DNA from: Methanobacteriota archaeon
GTDB lineage: Archaea > Thermoplasmatota > Thermoplasmata > SG8-5 > JAGLSY01
Direction: 5' to 3'
DNA: 64,000 nt
NCBI GenBank assembly: GCA_020697715.1
Contig: JAEHCO010000002.1
Coordinates: forward strand, 128,001 to 192,000
Positions 58,496-64,000 of this stretch are shown piece by piece; the stretch's first letter is position 1, and the number at the start of each line of letters is the position of its first letter. Under the pieces are notes generated by a model. It was not told where the DNA came from. It ran no database searches and saw only the letters and a program-made list of their open reading frames with translations. Both the position numbers and the translations under genes were made by a program.

Positions 58496-59542
58496 CTAGC
58501 AAATTCTCGGCACAGGGTCACCTATCGGTGGTTCCACAACGCGGCGACCACCAATAATTGTAGTCATAAGAACTCCTTTTATCTCACTGCTGGCTTGCCC
58601 GATTATACTTGCATCTTTTCCCTCGGGTGTCGCCCTCAGGCATTCCAGTACCGCATCAGCTTTTTCAGGAGCAACGGCCATGACCGCTTTCCCCTCATTG
58701 CCGATCTCCAGAGGATCGATACCCAGGAGACCACAGGCGGTCTTAACGCCTGGGTTGATCGGAATAAGAGATTCATCGATCTCGATGCCAACGCCAGACT
58801 TTTCCGCGAACTCGTTCAGGGTATTGGCCAATCCGCCTCTTGTTGGGTCCTTCATTGCCACGATGCCGCCAATAGCCAGTGCCTTTTCGATCATGTGATT
58901 TAGGGAGCAAACATCGCTTACGATATCAGACTCGAAACCATAGCCATCACGGCATGAGAGAACAGCTATGCCGTGGTCGCCAACAGTGCCGGAGACAATG
59001 ATCTTATCTCCGGCCTGTACATTCGAATCCTTCAGCCAGCGGATATGCGTGTGCCTGATCTTCTTCAAAATTCTAATATTGGCATCCAGCCAGTGCGATC
59101 GAACGCCTATCCCGGAAGTCGTGACTATCAATTTATCAGCCGCGCCTCTTTCCACGACCTTGGTATCTCCGGCCATGACAGGAACGCCAGCCTTTTCACT
59201 AGCCCTGGCGATACTGTCCATCACCTTCTCAAGGACCTCGGATTCCAGGCCTTCTTCAATAACAAGACTAAGGGCCAGTGCCACGGGGCGCGCGCCCATC
59301 ACGGCGATATCATTAACGGTTCCCGCGACAGACAGGGAACCGATATCCCCGCCTGGAAAGAATAGAGGTTTGACAGTGTGGCCGTCGATGGTGAAGACAA
59401 TATCATCTATCACGCCGGAATCATCCAGTGCGGAAAGCGGAACATCCCCAACATCCCCCTTTAGTTTGGGAAGGATGAATGTCTCTAACATCTCCCGCAT
59501 CTTGTCTCCGCCAGCTCCGTGTGACATCAGTAGTTTTGACAT
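58496..59542 (-). CDS. hypE: Hydrogenase maturation protein HypE
   Basis: HGAGG, PLFFPGGDIG, GDTKVV, DPTRGG, NEG, C-terminal PRIC. Confidence 0.95.
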   Translation of the reverse strand: MSKLLMSHGAGGDKMREMLETFILPKLKGDVGDVPLSALDDSGVIDDIVFTIDGHTVKPLFFPGGDIGSLSVAGTVNDIAVMGARPVALALSLVIEEGLESEVLEKVMDSIARASEKAGVPVMAGDTKVVERGAADKLIVTTSGIGVRSHWLDANIRILKKIRHTHIRWLKDSNVQAGDKIIVSGTVGDHGIAVLSCRDGYGFESDIVSDVCSLNHMIEKALAIGGIVAMKDPTRGGLANTLNEFAEKSGVGIEIDESLIPINPGVKTACGLLGIDPLEIGNEGKAVMAVAPEKADAVLECLRATPEGKDASIIGQASSEIKGVLMTTIIGGRRVVEPPIGDPVPRIC

Positions 59543-59672
59543 ATTGAACAGTTAAGGGGATTGATATGATGGATATTAAGTTTGTGCGGGTAAAGTGGGA
59601 TTGCCACCGGAAGTCATTTAAGTGCGATTTTCGATTCACTTAGGCAAATGTAGCCCTGTCTGGCTATGAGAG

Positions 59673-60182
59673 GTGGAAGAGAAAATGAATGAAAAAAGCT
59701 CTACTTTCAAATTTAAAATTATTGAATCAGCAAGTATGCTTTATGCTAGCATAATTATCATTTTCATTAGCCTTGGTGGAATTTGTATGGCAATGATCAA
59801 TATGCTTTCGTTTATACTTGATGGAAATCAATATGTGAACCCAGGATACATTTCCTTTGCGTTTTTAATGACTATATTCGGGCTTATATTTGGATTAATG
59901 TTAGATCCTATTCAATATTATAAGTTAAAATTCGGCCACAACCATCTATATATTTTTTCAGATAATTTTTGGGGTCTTAGGAAGAAGAATAAAAAGATCA
60001 AATATTCTAATATTGATTATATCGAATATTCTCATATTCTCCAAGAATTGAATATTATCTCTATCACTGGGGATTGTATATCAAGCATTAGTTTTATTAA
60101 TTTAAAAAAGAGTTATAAGATAAAGATTATTAATAGAATTAAAAAAAGTGGGATAAAATTAAGAAAGGAAATATTTGATTAA
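59673..60182 (+). CDS. AT-rich hypothetical 2-TM protein
   Basis: Open 169-aa ORF with two TM segments and a PH-like tail; atypical composition. Confidence 0.55.
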   Translation: MEEKMNEKSSTFKFKIIESASMLYASIIIIFISLGGICMAMINMLSFILDGNQYVNPGYISFAFLMTIFGLIFGLMLDPIQYYKLKFGHNHLYIFSDNFWGLRKKNKKIKYSNIDYIEYSHILQELNIISITGDCISSISFINLKKSYKIKIINRIKKSGIKLRKEIFD

Positions 60183-60288
60183 TAATCTGTAAGTAAGATC
60201 ATAGATTGGAACAGACCCACATAATTATAGAATTTACAAAGGCAACATTTAAACCCAGTATTACGATTATGGGCAGAGTAGTGATATT

Positions 60289-61383
60289 ATGGAATCCCGA
60301 ATAAAGAGAATCTACGAGATGTGCGAACATGATAAACCAGATATAGTCGTATTGGCCAATGCCACAGACCCCATGCTGGACAAGACCTTTTTCTACGCAA
60401 CAGGCCTTGGTAATTCAGGGGTCTTCGAGGGCTCATACATCTTCTGTTTCCCGGATGGAAAGGTGGAGATGATAACTTCCATTCTCGAGGAAGAGAGTGC
60501 GAAGAAAGGCAACTTCCCGGTTCACACCTTCATGACCCAGGATGAGAGAAAGGAGAAGATCGCAGGTTATCTCAAGGGCGTGGATTCAATAGGTATCAAT
60601 GCGAAGGAGCTTGTCCATTCGCAATACATGTTATTGAAGGAACTGGCACCCCATGCGGAATTCATCGACATGTCCAAGGCAGTTAGGGATGCGAGGGTGG
60701 TCAAGGATGAGGCCGAGATCGAAACAACCCGAATCGCTTGCAGGATCGCCAGCGAGGCAGCTGAGGAGATAATCCCATTCATCAAGCCAGGTATCAAGGA
60801 GAGCGATATTGCAGCCGAGCTTGTTTACCTCATGCAGAAGAAAGGAGCCAATGGTCCTTCATTCGATAGCATCGTGGCCTTCCAGGAGAATTCCGCCGAG
60901 CCCCATTACCGAGCTGGCGACCGCGTGCTCAAGGATGGCGAGTTCGTTCTGATGGACTTCGGAGCACTTTACAATAGATATGTTTCAGATATTACAAGAA
61001 CTTATTTCATGGGCCAGCCCAATGAGAAGCAGAAGAAGATCTACAATACAGTTCTGGAGTCTCAACTGGCCTCACTGGATATGATAAAGGACGGTGTCAA
61101 GGGCGCGGATGTTCACAATACCGCGGCCGAGATAATCAATGCCACCGAGTTCAAGGGACGATTCACCCATGGATTGGGACACAGCATCGGCCTGAGCGTT
61201 CACGATGGCTCAGGACTTTCCCCGGCTGTCGATATCACATTGAAGGAAGGCATGCTCTTTACGGTGGAACCGGGCATTTACATACCAGGTTTCGGTGGTG
61301 TGAGGATCGAGGATGATGTCGTTGTAAAGAAGAACGGTGTCGAGGTCTTGACAACAGCCAGTAAGGAACTTATAACCATTTAG
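60289..61383 (+). CDS. pepQ: Xaa-Pro peptidase (M24B prolidase)
   Basis: PHY, DFG, SDITRT, HGLGHSIG, VEPGIY, GVRIEDD. Confidence 0.92.
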   Translation: MESRIKRIYEMCEHDKPDIVVLANATDPMLDKTFFYATGLGNSGVFEGSYIFCFPDGKVEMITSILEEESAKKGNFPVHTFMTQDERKEKIAGYLKGVDSIGINAKELVHSQYMLLKELAPHAEFIDMSKAVRDARVVKDEAEIETTRIACRIASEAAEEIIPFIKPGIKESDIAAELVYLMQKKGANGPSFDSIVAFQENSAEPHYRAGDRVLKDGEFVLMDFGALYNRYVSDITRTYFMGQPNEKQKKIYNTVLESQLASLDMIKDGVKGADVHNTAAEIINATEFKGRFTHGLGHSIGLSVHDGSGLSPAVDITLKEGMLFTVEPGIYIPGFGGVRIEDDVVVKKNGVEVLTTASKELITI

Positions 61384-61456
61384 GATCATTAAATCCTGCC
61401 CCGGCCAGGAGAAACTCCGACCTCCCAATGTCAGAGATTCTCCTATATGATCGGGC

Positions 61457-61909
61457 TCATTTGTGTCTTGCATTTCTTATCGCTCTTAGCTGTGCTGGCT
61501 TTGGTCTTTTTATCGGAGTGACTCTCTCAAATATCTCCAGTATGTAACTCAGCGTGCCGAATAGAGCAAGGACAAATGCCATCCCGGTCATGAGAAGCCC
61601 GGTGATCTCCAGGGGGACAAGTCCAAATGTCCCGAGGAGGGAGATGAAATATATCACCAAGGCTCCTTTAACGAATATCAATACTGTATTCGGAATGTCA
61701 CAGTTACTGCTCCTCACTGGTTTTGACATGTTTATGAGCAAGTAGCCGACCCCGAATAACATGGATATGGATACTGTGGTTATGGCGAATATGATCAGAC
61801 CAAGATTGTTCAGTAACTGGAAATGCCACAAGCAGACCAACATGATTATCACCATATAGCCGCGTACAAGCACTTTCAATACCGGGGGAAACTTGAGCTT
61901 TTTCATCAT
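61457..61909 (-). CDS. 4-TM hypothetical membrane protein
   Basis: Start reassigned to ATG 61909 (ggtga RBS); the longer ORF merely runs into the repeat array. Confidence 0.6.
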   Translation of the reverse strand: MMKKLKFPPVLKVLVRGYMVIIMLVCLWHFQLLNNLGLIIFAITTVSISMLFGVGYLLINMSKPVRSSNCDIPNTVLIFVKGALVIYFISLLGTFGLVPLEITGLLMTGMAFVLALFGTLSYILEIFERVTPIKRPKPAQLRAIRNARHK

Positions 61910-62024
61910 ATCACCATGAATAATATTGGTGTGGGCGGTATATATACGTGGTGTGGTGATGACCGGGGAATACACCATATACCCATATGGATTCAATAAC
62001 CAACAGAGGGGATGTGGTGTATTA

Positions 62025-62196
62025 ACCAATATCTCATTGATGTACATTCTGTGGTTCGTACACCATATACCCCGCTGTAGTTCGCACCAATATTTCATTG
62101 ATGTGCATTCTGTGGTTCAAACCTATATCTCATTGATGTGCATTCTGTGGTTCAAACCAATATTTCATTGATGTATATTCTGTGGTTCGCACCAAT
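62025..62196. repeat. 35-bp tandem repeat array (4 copies plus one degenerate insert)
   Basis: accaatatttcattgatgtgcattctgtggttcaa-like units at 62025, 62086, 62121, 62156. Confidence 0.85.
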
Positions 62197-62380
62197 ACAC
62201 CATCTTATTGTGCCCTATTTTGCACATCAATATTAAATATGGTTAACTTTTATTCGTCATTTTATATATTAACGCCTGTTAAATTTAAACATGCTTTTAT
62301 ATAAAAGTATCGCATACATTTATATATGCCATCAGGCAAAGCTTTAAATATAGGATTGCCGATTCATAAACGGTGTTAAC

Positions 62381-63388
62381 ATGACAGTCAAAGTTGCCAT
62401 AAATGGCTACGGAACGATTGGTAAGCGTGTGGCCGATGCGGTCACAGCTCAGGACGACATGGAAATTGTCGGTGTGGTTAAGAGGAGGCCATCTTTTGAG
62501 GCCTTCGATGCAGTGAAGAATGGATACAAGTTCTACGCAGCTGCAGAGGAATTCATTGAGGGATTCAGGCAGGAAGGTATTGAACCAGCAGGAACTCTTG
62601 ATGATCTTCTTGATATTGCAGATATAGTGGTGGACTGCACTCCCAAGAAAGCGGGATACAAAGCTCTTTATGAAAAGAAAGGAGTTAAAGCTATCTGGCA
62701 GGGCGGAGAAAAACACGACCTCACAGGCCTATCATTCAATTCATTCTCGAACTATGAAGATGCTATTGGCGCGGACTTTGCAAGAGTTGTATCCTGTAAC
62801 ACAACAGGGTTGTGTCGAACACTCTGGCCACTGGAAAATGAATGGGGAATAGAGAATGTTCTCGGTGTCATGATCAGAAGAGGCGCAGATCCCTGGGATT
62901 CGAAGAAAGGCCCAATGAATGCGATCGAGCCAGTTCTGAAAGTACCATCCCATCACGGCCCGGATGTCATCACGGTCATGGAAGGATTGGATATACAGAC
63001 CACGGCTGTCGCGGTTCCATCTACTCTGATGCATTTGCACTCTGTCGTGGTCAAGTTAAAGAAGAATGTCCCAACACAAGATGTTCTGGATCTCTGGGAG
63101 AAAACCTCCAGGGTCATGTTCGTCGAGGGTAAATATGGAGTCAAATCCACTGCCCAGATCATGGAGATCGCCAAGGATTCCGGAAGAAAGAGATCCGATC
63201 TGTTCGAAATAGCAGTTTGGAAGGATGGAGTCCATGTCGTGGGAGACACCCTGTATTATTATCAGGCCATCCACCAGGAATCGGATGTCATTCCTGAGAA
63301 TATCGACTGCATAAGGGCGATGTGCAATATAGAAACAGATAAGTGGGCCAGCGTCGAAAAGACCAATAAGGCTCTTAACTTGGAGTGA
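62381..63388 (+). CDS. gap: Glyceraldehyde-3-phosphate dehydrogenase, archaeal type II
   Basis: NGYGTIGKRVADAV, QGGEK, VVSCNTTG, HQESDVIPENID. Confidence 0.96.
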   Translation: MTVKVAINGYGTIGKRVADAVTAQDDMEIVGVVKRRPSFEAFDAVKNGYKFYAAAEEFIEGFRQEGIEPAGTLDDLLDIADIVVDCTPKKAGYKALYEKKGVKAIWQGGEKHDLTGLSFNSFSNYEDAIGADFARVVSCNTTGLCRTLWPLENEWGIENVLGVMIRRGADPWDSKKGPMNAIEPVLKVPSHHGPDVITVMEGLDIQTTAVAVPSTLMHLHSVVVKLKKNVPTQDVLDLWEKTSRVMFVEGKYGVKSTAQIMEIAKDSGRKRSDLFEIAVWKDGVHVVGDTLYYYQAIHQESDVIPENIDCIRAMCNIETDKWASVEKTNKALNLE

Positions 63389-63392
63389 TAAA

Positions 63393-63734
63393 ATGAAAAC
63401 TCCTTGCGAATTCTCAATGTGGTATGTGGTTCCTTATATCAGAAGCCGTGTGGCACAATCGATGGTAACCGATCTTGGCATGAAACAAGCTCATGCGGCC
63501 AGGAAGCTGGGCGTCACGGATGCCGCAGTCTCACAGTATCTGTCTGGAAAAAGAGCGAAGACAGAGATGGATGAACAGTGGCTTCTGGATGAGATCAAAG
63601 TAACTGCCAAGGCGATCTCCATGGCGGAGACCGAGACTGATGTCGGTAAAGAGATATGCAGGGTGTGCAAACTTGTTCAAAACTCCAATTTCATGGAAAA
63701 GTTGAACTCCGGAGCTTGCGGTCGCTGTCCTTGA
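63393..63734 (+). CDS. Archaeal HTH transcriptional regulator (COG2522-like)
   Basis: MKTPCE...AARKLGVTDAAVSQYLSGKR...CRVC. Confidence 0.8.
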   Translation: MKTPCEFSMWYVVPYIRSRVAQSMVTDLGMKQAHAARKLGVTDAAVSQYLSGKRAKTEMDEQWLLDEIKVTAKAISMAETETDVGKEICRVCKLVQNSNFMEKLNSGACGRCP

Positions 63735-63846
63735 TCTTCTACTATATTTTCTGAAAAATGATCGAGAACTTGAAGCTGGTTATGGCTTCGAGTTCTCGGT
63801 TATAGCTTTATATCAGTTATACATGGGCCGGTTTGGAGTTGCTTAG

Positions 63847-64000
63847 ATGAACAAGGCAGAGCTAGATATATCCGTGATCATCGGAGACGATAAAAGAGCC
63901 ATTAAAATTCCAACTGGCTCCCTGGTCGAGGATGTCATAAAAGTATGCGGCCTCAATGTGTCTGCTCAGATCGTTCTAAGGAATAAAATTCCAATTCCAA
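63847..64000 (+). CDS. Ubiquitin-like ThiS/MoaD (SAMP-like) protein, truncated by the window end
   Basis: Manual translation MNKAELDISVIIGDDKRAIKIPTGSLVEDVIKVCGLNVSAQIVLRNKIPIP fits a beta-grasp pattern; C-terminal GG not visible. Confidence 0.55.
   Translation, partial: MNKAELDISVIIGDDKRAIKIPTGSLVEDVIKVCGLNVSAQIVLRNKIPIP

Noticed and set aside
62025-62196. CRISPR array
   Set aside because: Units are contiguous with no unique spacers, and there are no cas genes in the window
1-64000. tRNA/rRNA genes, integrases, transposases
   Set aside because: None recognised by eye; a tRNAscan-SE/HMM run would be needed to exclude them

Overview
Archaeal chromosomal window, most likely from an uncultured Thermoplasmatota (MBG-D/Thermoprofundales-like). 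The lineage is inferred from the archaeal-type TPI, GAPDH and RPA, a box C/D sRNA, and large acidic surface proteins. Housekeeping blocks (rpa, fbp-fba-tpiA, peptidases, hypE, gap) alternate with accessory DNA. The main candidate for a new system is an AT-rich defence-type island (~37.9-48 kb). It joins a TGT/DpdA-like transglycosylase, QueC and a stand-alone ArcS-like (DUF5591) domain with a permuted SPPY DNA methyltransferase, a 773-aa protein with two restriction-endonuclease-like domains, a DUF365 PUA-like reader, a DpnI-wH-HNH nuclease, two PD-(D/E)XK proteins and an RNase III domain. This suggests an archaeosine/7-deazaguanine modification-restriction system without dpdB-K or a CD-NTase. 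Other highlights: a box C/D guide RNA predicted to methylate C34 of intron-containing pre-tRNA-Met; a 7-kb integrase-less insertion bounded by a duplicated gene 3' end; a multi-TM roadblock/longin protein followed by twin Rab-like GTPases; an M29 pseudo-peptidase; two related structured intergenic RNAs; a TTCAA-N6-TTGAA operator set; and a 35-bp tandem array. All family calls come from motifs recognised by eye; no searches were run.
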